Source of the DNA: Octopus vulgaris
Taxonomy: Eukaryota
Assembly: GCA_951406725.2 (NCBI GenBank)
Contig: OX597817.1
Span: 126,604,001 to 126,668,000 of the forward strand
Reading direction: 5' to 3'
DNA length: 64,000 nt
Each line of letters starts with the position of its first letter. Position 1 is the stretch's first letter. Position numbers and translations under genes: made by a program. Positions 39,620 through 52,325 of the stretch are shown here, in pieces. The notes beneath the pieces were generated by a model that saw only the letters and a program-made list of their open reading frames with translations, was not told the DNA's origin and searched no databases.

Positions 39620-41760
39620 GTAATACTTGTATGTGATGTGTGAGGAATTTGTGGAAAGAAGTTCAATGAAACTCATCAATTTAGATACAAATGGGGAAGA
39701 CAAGTTGTTAAAATATGTAAGAGAATTTAAATTTTAATTTATGCAGACGATCGTTTCGTAAAAAGATATAAAATGTCATGATTGAATTGAATTAGATTAA
39801 ATTATTTAAATTTAATTATATACATCAATGTACTCTTCAATGCAGGAAGTGAAAACTAAATTTACAATGAATTTGAGAATAGATGTAGAAGAAGAATAGA
39901 ATTTAGGAGATTCATATTTTATCCTTGTGAGAAAGAGTTGTGTTTCAAGTTAGATATGAACTATAACTAAGGGCTGTAACGATTATTTGAAAACATAAGT
40001 AAAGAAGTATCAGAGACGTTCCCTCTATAGATGGGGAAGGAGATAAGAAATTTAATCTCCAAATAAATAGTGTGGGGCAAAGACTTTAATAGATATGTCC
40101 AATGGAAAGAGATTGCTATATTTGAATTAAGATATGAACTGACAGTTGAAAACGTTACTTAGCGTGATGTTTTTATGTAACCCCAATCAACAAACCCATT
40201 ATAACCCTTGCTGGTTTTATTCAACTTGTCACCATACCTGATATTTACATATAACTTACTGTTGATATATGCACGCATGCAGGCACATATAGTACTTCTA
40301 CAACAATGTGTCAATATCTAGATATGAATTTTATATGTCATCTGCGTGTGTATATCTATTGTTTTGTGATCCTTTACTCTCTGTTGGTACTAACATGTAT
40401 TTTTAATATGAACGTATGTATCAGTGTATATACGTATGTTTCACATACATATATGCTTATTATACACCGGTATGTGTATATCATTGTATGGTGTTTCTGT
40501 TTTTCTTATGTACACCCTAATCATATATCACCTAGAATTCCAATATCTATACTAATGTGCCAATATGTCTCTACTCACGTATGAGTAAATATATTAACAC
40601 TTTTTTCCTTATAAGCTTATTTTTCTCCGACAATATGTATAAAATTGTGTACATTTATGTGCACTCTACTTCTCGTATCTCTTCTTATTGCATAATTGTC
40701 AATACTCTTCCATTACTTGAATATCAATATTACTCCACTACCATTGCATATCCCTCTCATATAATTCTAAGCTAGTTTTTTCCTCGTAATAAATTTTTAT
40801 TTATACTAAAATATAGCTACCGTGTAACCTTGCACATCATTGCATAAGTAAAATAAACCGTTTTATTTACTTAATATTTCCATTCCCAGCTCATTTTATC
40901 CTCTCCATTGATTTATTTATTTATTTTTCCTTATTCTTACTTTTCTTGCCTGTTTCAACCTCAGTTCTGTCATCTTTATAGCCACACCAAGTATTTAGTA
41001 TTTAAATTGAAATATTAATAACTATTTCTCTGCTTTTACTTATTTTTCTGCCTTATATTTAATACACACTAAAGAATATTAGTTTCTAATGCATACATAT
41101 GTGCCTCTTATACATATTAATCTCTCTTTAGCTCTTTATACCTCTCTAATATTTGTTAACATTAACTATCTAGTATTAGCTATTTCTATACAATTTCCTC
41201 AAGATGAACTTCATTCTCATGTATAATTTTTACAAATAAAAACTACATTACACTAAGTAATGTTTTCAACTGGAAGTTCATATCTTAATTCAATTATAGT
41301 AGTCCCTCTCCATTAGACAATTCTATTACAATTTTTTTTCTAAACTCCTTACTAAGCTATACAAGGGACGTTTCTGTTATCTCTTTACTTATATTTTCAA
41401 ATAGTCGTTACAGACATTAATTATAGTTTATGGCTGACTTGACTCTCATCTCCTTCTCACAAGGATAATATATGAATCATTTAGATTCTATTCCTCTGCT
41501 ATATCCTTTCTCAAGTTCATTGTAAATTCTGTTATCACTGCCAGTATTGAAGAGTACATTGATATATATAATTAAATTAATTTAATTAATGTAATCTAAT
41601 TCATTTCTATCATGAATTGTTATATCTCTTTACGAAACGACCGTCTGCATGAATTAAAATTAAACTTCTCATAATTTTTAACAACTTGTCTTCTCCATTT
41701 TTAACTAAATCCATGAGTTTTATTGGATTACTTTCCATAAATTGCACGACACATCATATA
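39620..41760. repeat. Long diverged inverted repeat: arms ~39620-40180 and ~41235-41760
   Basis: Shared reverse-complement blocks: GAAGACAAGTTGTTAAAAT, ATGCAGACG.TCGTTTCGTAAA, TCAATGTACTCTTCAAT, ATCCTTGTGAGAA, CTGTAACGA.TATTTGAAAA, TTGAATTAAGATATGAACT..CAGTTGAAAAC.TTACTTAG. Confidence 0.8.
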
Positions 41761-41774
41761 TAAATACATACATT

Positions 41775-41820
<46 letters not shown>

Positions 41821-41979
41821 CACGGGTGTGTGTGATTGTGTATAGAAGAATATATTAATAAAAGTAATTCCAACCTTGTCTGAGTTTCACGTTTTATTTA
41901 CAATCTTATGATATTATATAAGATAATATAATAAAATAAAATAAAATAAAAGAATAGAAAGTTAATTGTTCATTCTGAT

Positions 41980-42024
41980 TGAACTAGTACTTTCATGCAT
42001 TAAATTCTGCAATCTTCAGGTTCA
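41980..42024 (-). ncRNA. Minimal type I hammerhead ribozyme with canonical core
   Basis: Reverse complement: TGAAC CTGAAGA TTGCA-gaatttaa-TGCAT GAAA GTAC TA^ GTTCA. 5-bp stem I and palindromic AGTACT stem III, in a ~220-bp island (41845-42065) next to (TA)n. Confidence 0.7.
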
Positions 42025-42061
42025 TGTATTAGTGGTGACAGTCATGCTTCACAATTTTTGA

Positions 42062-42109
<48 letters not shown>

Positions 42110-42305
42110 GTGTCTGTGTTTGTCGCCCCATCTTCACTTGACGACCGATGTTGTTGTGCTTATCTCCCTGTAACTTAGCGACTAAGCCAAAGAAACGGTA
42201 GACTAGACTTACAAAGGATAAATCCTGTGGTCGACTTGATCGATTAAAGGGGTGCTCCAGCAATCCCACTCTCAAATGATTGGAACAAATAAAAGATTAA
42301 GAGAA
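42110..42305 (+). mobile_element. SINE 3' body (related copies at ~9900-10112 and ~62040-62190)
   Basis: Shared blocks (CC)GTAACTTAGCG, AAT..GT.CTGTGGT.GA.TTGATCGA.TAAA, GGTGCTCCAGCA, AATGA.TG.AACAA.TAAA following (TG)n. Confidence 0.6.
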
Positions 42306-42337
42306 AATTATATAAACATATATACACATACACATAT

Positions 42338-42399
<62 letters not shown>

Positions 42400-42639
42400 A
42401 TATGTTGCAATTACTCAATAGTCAAGACAAAATTCTGTGTTTCAGATGCCGAAGTGGAAATCCACAACACCATCTCTTCGGTTATCTGGCCATCTGAAAA
42501 ACGTTATGAAAAAATACCGTTATATAAATTGAAATTACTGTGTTATAATTCCGCTAATTATATAAATTAAGATTAAAAGTTCATAGTAAACACGTAAACA
42601 TGGCTACTCATACGCTCACATGTGCGCTCGCATATATAT

Positions 42640-42930
42640 ATATATGTAAAAAAAATCAAGCTAGAATATGCTAAAATAATTTTATATAAAAATCAGTTTC
42701 AGTTTCAGTCATTGAGAATTGTTCAAGTGTAAAAATGGAAAACAATTACATTTTGGAAAAATTAAAGGAAAAAGTTTTGAAAATAATATTTGCAATGGGC
42801 AATTTCCTTCTTTCTGCCTGTCTCTGTCTCTGTTGTTTACTTTTGTAGAGTATAAGATTATTTTCGCATTTTCCACCATGACTTTGTTCCATATATATTA
42901 CCTCGTGTGTTCGTTTTCAACCTTCTACAC
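42640..42930 (-). mobile_element. Terminal-repeat fragment related to the Neptune-like PLE tail
   Basis: TGGAAAAATTAAAGGAAAAAGTTTTG...TTCTTTCTGCCTGTCTCTGTCTCTGTTGTTTACTTTTGT resembles 13831-13940 and 35345-35450. Confidence 0.55.
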
Positions 42931-42967
42931 ACACAGACACACACACACACAGACACACACACACACT

Positions 42968-43003
<36 letters not shown>

Positions 43004-43103
43004 AAATCGAGTGAAAGGAAGCTAATCTTCCTCATTAAGTTTAGACATGCCTCTGCCTAGAAGCAAATTCAGATATACATACATAGATACGTACATACAT
43101 ACA

Positions 43104-43186
<83 letters not shown>

Positions 43187-43356
43187 GCATATTTTAATTT
43201 GCAAGCAAGCAGAAGCATGTTGAAACTTGATAAGGATGTTTAACTGATTTCACTGTTGCTTTGAAATAATTTTATACCTTGGAATTCGAATGGTTGTGGA
43301 CGAATAAGTTAATATTTTTTAAGTTATTCATATTTCTTTTTCATAAATATGGAGGG

Positions 43357-43457
43357 ATAGTGCTGAAGATAGCCGTATGAATTTAAACTGAATTAATTAA
43401 TTTTTTTAAATTCTTTTATTTGATATGTAAGTTAAACCCGAAACTCTTGTACACTAT
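43357..43457 (+). ncRNA. Type I hammerhead-like motif with long AT-rich stem/loop II
   Basis: ATAGTG CTGAAGA ...~70 nt... C GAAAC-tctt-GTA^ CACTAT. 6-bp stem I and canonical core, but the stem II base pairs poorly. Confidence 0.5.
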
Positions 43458-43598
43458 TAACTTACATTAATTTTTTTATAAATACTCTGTTAGTCTCGCT
43501 CACTGACAGCTTTTGTCGTATAAAAGTGAATTATAGATGTTTCATTAAAGCATCTGTTTTTCAACAGGGAAGGAAACATACGTCCCTATCTCTCTCTC

Positions 43599-43638
<40 letters not shown>

Positions 43639-44403
43639 TTGTGCATATATATATATATATATATATACATATGTATATATATGTATTTGTGCATATATAC
43701 ATATATGTATACATACATATATATGTATATATGTGTTTGTGTGTGTATGTCTGTGTGTGTAGCGAGGGAGGGTTAGAGAAATAGATAGATTAGTTACAGG
43801 ATTTAATAGAATGTCTGAAGATCAATTCTATGGACGCGAGAGATTGCAAAAAATTATAGCAAATTGTCCAAGGTGGATTAAAATAATCAAGGCATCAAAT
43901 GTTGTTAGGGTAGATATGTAAGTACGAAATCCAATTTAAACCGTTGATCCGACTCAGTGCTGGTCCTAGGTGTGACGTAGGTGTACGAATAGAGAACACA
44001 AATGTGGTTTAACAGGTTCGACAGCTGTTGTGGTAGAATTATCGATGAATTCATTGATTACTCCATGACATGTAATTCATCATCTTCAGGTAAATTTTGA
44101 AGCAGGTATCAATCATGTGAGATATGCATCGATCTGGACATATCAAACGAGATTTGTCGGATAAGTATATTTCACACACACGCACATACAAACACACGAC
44201 ATCCGAATTTATTGATAAATCAGGAGTTGTTTTAAGGAGCACACGAGAAGAGATAACAAATTATATTATTTCAAACACTTGTGTACATATCTGCAATTAT
44301 TCATAAACATATATTTAATCATGCATGCGCACTCACTAACATACATAGGTAAACACACATATGCATATACATATATATTAATATATATGAATGTGGGCTT
44401 TCG

Positions 44404-44442
<39 letters not shown>

Positions 44443-44447
44443 TCACG

Positions 44448-44483
<36 letters not shown>

Positions 44484-44680
44484 AATGTATGTGATAAAAA
44501 TAGAAATAATTGGGCTCTTCTCGTGATACAACAAATGTTGCAACATAGTTTATTATTAATTCGGTCGTGAGTATACGACGCATGTAAGCATTTCTAGATA
44601 TTATAAAAATTCAACTGCAATTAAACATTATTCACTCTATTATTTCAAAGTATCATAAATCTTAAATATTATCTTCTAAG

Positions 44681-45938
44681 TATAATCGCATAAATAATCC
44701 GTTTTTTATTCTTTTATCATTCAAAATTAAGATAAACAAACTTCTTTTTTAATCTAAAATATACTCTCCTTCATTTTCTACAATGGCCTTCTACCTATCT
44801 GGTAAACTTACAAGGCACCGCTTACAAAATCCACTCCTCCGTGGAGAAAAATACTCTTCCACTACTGTTCTGACTTTCTCTACAGAATTTATATTTTTTT
44901 CCTCCAAATGATTTTGAAGATTGCGGAATAAATGATAATCAGATGGGGCAATGTCCGGCGAATATGGTGAGTTCGGCATCGTTTCCCTTTCAGTCTGCTC
45001 CAGCCTTTGGAGTGTATTTCTCACTGAATGTGGCCCATCATTATCCTGATTGAAGAACACCTTTCGTCTTGAAACTGAAGATGGTGGTTTTCATTCTAGC
45101 GCTGACCTAAGCCGCTGAAACTTATTATTTAGTTTGGGTTGAAAAGTGTTCGTTTAGTTTGGGTTTAAGAATTCAAAATGGACTAAACATTTTGTATCCC
45201 ACCAAACAGATAAAAACCATCTTACATGGGTGAAGACTTTTAACTTGGGGTGCCGGTCTTTCTCCTTTCGCTACTGACTGTTTTTGGTGCTTGATATTTT
45301 TTTATAAATCACCTATTTCTCTTCACCCGTTACTACTCTGTCTAAAAGAGTTACTGCAAAGTAGAGGACACGTTCACTCTCTGTGCGGGATTAGACTTGG
45401 AAAGTCTGTGAGGAAGCCATTTGCTGACTTTTCCGATAGCACGCATGTGTCGATGAATGGTTGAATGACCAAATCTAAACTTCTCTGCTAGTTCCCCAAC
45501 AGTTAAGATGAGATTTTGCTCCACTAGGTTTTGCAAGCTGTCTTCGTCGAGCTCTACAGATCTTCCAGGATGTGGCTCGTCTTCTAGGCTATAGTCTACG
45601 GCTCAAAATTTCTGGAACCCCTGTTGACACTGGCCTTCGTTTATTCTCGGATTCCCATATAGTGCATTAATATTCCTCGCAGTTTCTGTTCTGTTGTTGC
45701 CTTTATTGACCTTATACTTCAAAATATGCACATATGCTCATTTGTCACTTCCATTATAGCTTTGAAAATATACCTGTTATAATCAAACTGCACTCTTCAA
45801 AACATACACAAAGAATGTAGCACGCTAAAAGTATTACATGCTTTTACAGCAAGTTGGCGAAAGTATTTTATTCTATCCCCCTCCGAGTTTTAGTTCATGC
45901 AGTTGAAAAAACTGCATTATTTATGGGATGACCTATTA
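44681..45938 (-). mobile_element. Near full-length defective mariner transposon
   Basis: Minus-strand transposase from MEVTNEH (45754) through LTVGELAEKF...STIHRHMRAIGKVSKWLPHRL to QDNDGPH...SPYSPDIAPSDYHLFRNLQNHL. TIR GCATTATTTATGGGATGACCTA at the right end, partial match GCATAAATAATCCG at the left. Confidence 0.9.
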
Positions 45939-46493
45939 CATCATAATAAAATCGTACTTAAAAGCAAAAATAGGTTTCAAGTAAAAAAATTGCTTCAAAA
46001 ATACCCAACACTTTTCTGGATTTTTATTTCATGAAAATGCTTCCAACCGGTTTCTCGAGTTGAAATACACGATGTTTAAATATCAACAATTTCAAACGGA
46101 AATGAAAACTTGTATTAGTCAACTTGTATCTTAATTATAACGTGGATGTTAACGCCTATTGTAACAAACTTATCAGCAAATAACATACAAAATGCCTTCA
46201 ATGAGTAACTTGCTATATCCAAGTTTGAAATTAAATATGACCTGTATTGATGATCTCTCAAAGTAATGAATTTGCTATCCTTACATTTCTTCGCAAATTT
46301 CAGTGAGGAGTCGAACATTAATCCAGTTTTCTTGTTTACGTTGTGTTAAGCTGCGCATACGTTGGTATACGAAATAACATTCAGGCTAAGTTTAGATAAC
46401 AAGATTTTTTTTATATAACTGTGCTTAAAAAAAAGTGCATGTGAAATAGTAAAATGTGTGGAAAAGTTGTTGCTTCATAAGTAGTGAAAATTA

Positions 46494-46800
46494 GTTGGAC
46501 GATAGTTGGCAGGAGATTACGCCAGTTGGCATTAATGGATAAAGGTTCATCTTATGTGATTCGTGCCAGAACAGAAGAGTGTAAAGAATGCGCCAGCTAC
46601 ATAAAAAGGTAGCTGTATTGGCGATGAGTAAAGCGAGCCAACTGCTTCGAGAGCCAGGGTCAAGAGCTCAGTCCAGTGAGAGTCACACCGAATAAGAGAG
46701 ATTAAAGTCCGTCTAGAGTTTATACATCTTTCCAGCAGAAATGCTATATCGCAAAGACGGCTATAAGTACAGTACCATCAAAGCGCCAACTACCGACAAC
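46494..46800. mobile_element. Putative MITE-like element with short imperfect TIRs
   Basis: GC-richer island bounded by GTTGGACGATAGTTGGC and GCCAACTACCGACAAC. Internal hairpin CGCCAGCTAC...GTAGCTGTATTGGCG. Confidence 0.4.
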
Positions 46801-49800
46801 AGAATGAGGGCACCTAACTTTGATCTGTTCCTTTTATCATTATTTAGCCGTAACGACGATTGCTACAATCTAATTTCTATTTTTTTTTTCATATTATTGC
46901 TCCATTCCCTTTAGTATGTCATATTTATGAAAGAAAGATTTAAATCGGAACTACATAAACATATACACAGAGACGTGCCTTTAAATTTGTATCTATTGGA
47001 CGCTATAGCTTAATGTTATGTCAGCTTCAGTACCACAAAACAAGCTAAATATTGTATATAGATTTATAGTGTTAAATGTCATTCGTTTAAGAGAACCATA
47101 TTTTATTAACCGGAATATTTTTACTATTTATAACTTGTCGAGTGATTGCACAGATATTCCTTCAAAGGCGCTAGACAACATTCCTCTTACATGGCAGGTA
47201 TATATCGGTTACCAATACACGTTCATTATGAATGAGATGCATAAGAGGAAGCATCATCTCCGTACCTTACGTAATTATGTTTCAGTGTAGCTTGTATTTA
47301 GGCCTCATTTTGTATATGTATCTGCTATCCAATGCACTAGATGTGATATTGTTGTATTCATTTATTTTGCACGAATAATAATGTTGGTAAATGTGCATAT
47401 AGATGCATGATACTGCTTTGCATGTGTGTTTCATCTAAACTGCATATTTATAAAAATCTATTCGGGATGTTTTCTTCACTTCACTCCTTCGCAGGTTGAT
47501 TTTAATAATATATAGAATATTTAGGAAATGTTTGTTGCTGCATTTTGTAGGATTGTGTATTTTTTTGTTTTAATGTACATGTCGGTGCCTGGATATCTGC
47601 ATATATATTTGCATTACAGTCGTACTTTTCAGATTATTTCATTTTCCAGTTTTAGATGATGCGTACTTGTTTGTGTGCGCGTGTGTGTGCGCGCGCGATT
47701 GTTTGCCTCTAGGTATAAATATATATACATATAAATATATATACACATATATATATAAATATATACATATACACTTTTACATATATACACATTTGTGTGT
47801 TTGAGGGAGTATATTTTTGGTGTGTTTGTTTGCATGTGAGTGTGTAAATATATCATCATATTTACCACGCACATTTTGTGATCATGTGTAGTATACTATG
47901 GAAAATACGATGTTTTACATGTCAAAGTTGGTAATACGTTTACCTTTGCTGCGTAAGATAATGTTACTTCTAGTTACACTTTAAACACTCAGCATATTTT
48001 ATTCCTATATCGAATGTATAATAATTGCTTTCAAAACATAGTTTATGGATGAGCATTTTCGTTACACTCGATATAAAGCAAGGATATTTTCTTTTCATTT
48101 TTGCTTTGTCAATTATACATGAATTCAAGGGAATGTTGCATAAGATTTTTATAATCCATCATTATTCAGCACAATTTTTCGCTTATTTTTCAGAAGCTTT
48201 ATATAAACCTGCTAGCGCTAGGCAAATTATTTTTCGGTTGTTAATGCATTGATCTTTAAATTATATAATTTCAAGGTTCTTAGAGGTTGGCTGCAATTTT
48301 ATACCACTAGGTTTAGAATTGTTTAGTTGAATATACGTCAGATAATTTAGAAAGGGAACCAAAATTTGGTGCATCAATATATGCTAGTCACCATTTCAAT
48401 TACGTTTGTTTTTCAACATGGGGTTTGCTCTGTTTCAAGCTACAGTTATGGTTGTAATACACCATTATGTATACATGCGGAACTGAATTTCATTTCTATG
48501 CGATACAAGTATATGCATTGACAAATAGTTTACTGGATTAGTAACTATATACACTGCTTTTAGACACCCTTGTGATGTGTTCACACATCTGGTGACATTT
48601 CATTTAGAAACCCAGCATACATAAGCTATTGTATTCCATCGTTGTGAGACTGTTCAATACGCAATGAGCAATGATTTTCTGCCACATATTCTACTTATAT
48701 TTTCCTTAAGCAACTTAAGGATGCAAACATATGTAATAAATCCTGTGTTTATTGAATGCATTTGTGTTATTTTATGATACAAATGAAAACGAGTTTCTGT
48801 TAGCACTCAAAAATGCAGCTAAGTATGATTTTCATGGTAGAAATCAGGAAATATGACTTATTTCACTATAATTAATAAATCTATATGTGTTGAAATAGAG
48901 CTCTCCTTACCTCATATTTCTCTATAAGCTCATTTTAACTTATTGATTTTGTTACATTTGAAATATACATTAGTTCTACGAGCGTATAATATGAAACCAT
49001 TTACGCAATAACACACCGGTAATGGTAGGCGTTATTTTTACGAAAGTCAGAATTGATATTGTTTGTATGTAATTCATTAAAAATATTTTACACTCTTAAA
49101 TCACACATCATTTCAAAATGGAATTCTCATTTTATTTATATATACATTTGATAGATTATTTTTCGTACGCGCTCGAATATATTAACTTGTTTTCTAAATG
49201 TAATCCCTCGCTGTTATTCACTTACATTGAATTCATAACAACTGAACCTACTAAAATATGTTCTTTATTGTCACATACTTCAAATTATATACCTGCCAAT
49301 AACTAATGTAATAGGATTTGGTCTATACATCTTACTACAAAATGTTACCTTACTAACGAAATGTGGCTTATATGCGAATGCCTTTTACTCTACATCAAAG
49401 TTAAGCAATATAAGCATATAAGCATGGCACGTATGACAATATAATATTGCAATATAAGCAATATAAGCATGGCACGTATGAACTCTAGTAATTTGGGAAA
49501 TGTAATAATATTAAAGGTGGATTTTGAAACTTTGATAGCATTCCTTGAAATTCAATAACACGTAAATATAGTACTCCATTTCTTTTCCCGCTTAACCGAA
49601 ATAGAAACTGGATACAATGTTAAAATAATTTATTACGAAATACCCGAACATTGATAATCCTATGTTCCTACTAACGCAGTTGATGCTATTCTTCATGATG
49701 AGGACAATAACATGGAGGGTCTTCAGTGTCGTTAAGGAGATTCCAGATATTGATATCGTTTCGTATAAAGGAATGTTTTGATAATCGTATATATATCATA

Positions 49801-50211
49801 ACTTATCTCAGGATATGAACAGCTTCCCAACCGCATATAACTTACGTGATGTAAATTATGAAGGAAACACAATTCACTGAATAGCATTAACTGAAAAGAC
49901 AGGTGGATCTTTGAACTATCATTCGACTTTATAAATGAAAGGATTTTGCTGAGTTTCCTTCCTTACAACTAAAATATAATTTAGCTTCGGAGAATTGTTA
50001 AATTGAAGCCAGAACATGGTGTTTATGGTCGTCCTTTATTTGTTACCAACATTCTCCAAGCCATTAAAACTACAATTACTGTAACAATAACGTGCACGAT
50101 CTAAGTATACATACACATACACCCACATGTATATATATGAAAATATATATATGTATATATATTATACACGTATATGAGTGGGTGGGTGTGTCTCTCTATC
50201 TTTCTTTTCTT

Positions 50212-50281
<70 letters not shown>

Positions 50282-50728
50282 TAGTGACGATATTAAAATC
50301 TCTAATAGGGATATTTTATCAGAGATATACTGGTTTAATATAATATATTTTGAAGAGAAGAATATATTATATAAAACGTCGTAAAATATCAAACATTATA
50401 ATCTAGGTAGAAAACAGATATCTAATGGATACGGATTAATTTATTAATTAATTAGTACACATATATAAATTAACATATGTATATATATATATATATTAAC
50501 ATATATATATATATATTTTGAGTATTCCACACGTACCTTAATGTACACCTTCTATTGTCATTTGTACATTCTCATCATTTTGCATACCAGGCACTTAAAA
50601 TGCAAAATTATATATTTATATATGTTTTGAAAATTCAATTTTGTTTGTGGAATGAAACAAGTATAGCTGAATATGTTAACTAATAAATAAACTAATGTTC
50701 ATGCATTAAAGCTCTGTTTTCTAACTCG

Positions 50729-50730
<2 letters not shown>

Positions 50731-50825
<95 letters not shown>

Positions 50826-50834
50826 TAATAATAA

Positions 50835-50900
<66 letters not shown>
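50731..50900. repeat. (AAT)n microsatellite
   Basis: Direct reading. Similar arrays at 51450-51550, 56502-56540 and (TTA)n 58131-58430. Confidence 0.95.
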
Positions 50901-50902
<2 letters not shown>

Positions 50903-51449
50903 TGCAGTACCAGGCAGTGGCTCTCATGGCTTCTGATCTTAACTGATTGGAAGTGTTATCATATACATTGTTTTGTCTTGGTATAAAAGATGGGCTACAG
51001 CAAATATTCTGCTCAATACCACAGATTTGCTTGTCAATTGTTTGACCGTAACCAGTTGAGCATGTCCCTTAGTGGCTGACGATATGTGCATCTCTGATCA
51101 CGAGCAGAAGTAGTGGGGGAGCATCATAGCCATGTGTTGAGAGGGATGCTTTGGGGTTTGAATAGTTCACCTCTGGAAACATGGGTGGTTCTTTCAACAT
51201 CCTTAAACAACCCTTATTCGGGGACCGTTTGAGCGGGATGGGCTACTCAACCTGAAGAAAATTCTAACTGGGCCCCACCTGCAAGGTCATGTGCTGTTTA
51301 TCTTGATATGAGATCACCATGTCGCGCACATATGGTTGTGATGCATGTACCTGGTGTACCTTTATCAGACGGGTAGTCATGATGGGTATATTGGGCTTCG
51401 TATATTTTACCCCAGTGTCACTTTGATGGCATGAACTGCTCTCTCACTC
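50901..51449 (+). mobile_element. ~550-bp non-coding interspersed element flanked by (TAA)n on both sides (probable 3' UTR of a truncated second TAA-targeting LINE, or a non-autonomous element)
   Basis: GC-richer complex island with sharp edges between (AAT)n 50731-50900 and (AAT)n 51450-51550. No ORF. Its 3' end does not resemble the Dong 3' UTR. Orientation is inferred. Confidence 0.6.
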
Positions 51450-51486
51450 AATAATAATAATAATAATAATAATATTAATAATAATG

Positions 51487-51550
<64 letters not shown>

Positions 51551-52325
51551 GGTATTTCATTGGACGTGACAGAGGATGGACGTATTTTTACGATGCTCTG
51601 AACTGGCAACAGCGAACCCAGCAGGTCAACTGTAGAAAACTGGAAGATCTACTGTTTACTGTAAGTAATTTGAATTACCCTCAAAATAAGTAAAAAAAAA
51701 CTTACATATCTACAGCTCATACAAACGTACACCTAACAAGAAAAATTAGAAACATAAATATCTCCAATTCTGTGTGAACATTTACATTTAGTCGTCTCTC
51801 ATGACTATAAGAATGTGTCAAATTGCCTTTTAAATTACCTTTTATTGTAACAACACAATTAAATGCACGATAAAAAGTTATGGAATTAAGCACCTACTAC
51901 TATATACATACAACTGAATTCAGAAATTTAAAAATATATACATAACATTGAACTCAGAAAGTTATTTAAAAAAAGAAAAAAAAATCTTCGACGAAAACAT
52001 CAGATAATATGTGTGAGTGAATATACATATATATACATATACATATGCATGTGGTGAAGAAGAAAAGAGAAAGGAAAAAAATAAATAAATAAACGTAAAC
52101 AGGTTTGACCTTTTACTGACCATTAACGTCCTTTGTCTCCATCTACCGTGGCTATTTATAGACCCAAAGAACATGAATTCTTTAACCACCCATTCTCCAA
52201 CACAATGGAGTGTTGATGGTGGCTGTGGCTACACATAAAACAATGTCATTGAAGATGATGATGGTGATGGTGATGTTGCTGATGATGGTGATGGTGGTGA
52301 AGATGATAGTAATAACAATAATAAC

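Noticed and set aside
43940-44100. Possible host exon ending in CAG|GTAAAT
   Set aside because: No recognisable protein similarity or clear acceptor site; splice-like words are expected by chance.
51551-52325. Long 5' UTR of the Dong element starting at the upstream (AAT)n array
   Set aside because: Looks like ordinary AT-rich and microsatellite flank, and a nearer TAA-like target lies at 52310-52325. Cannot be fully excluded without other copies.
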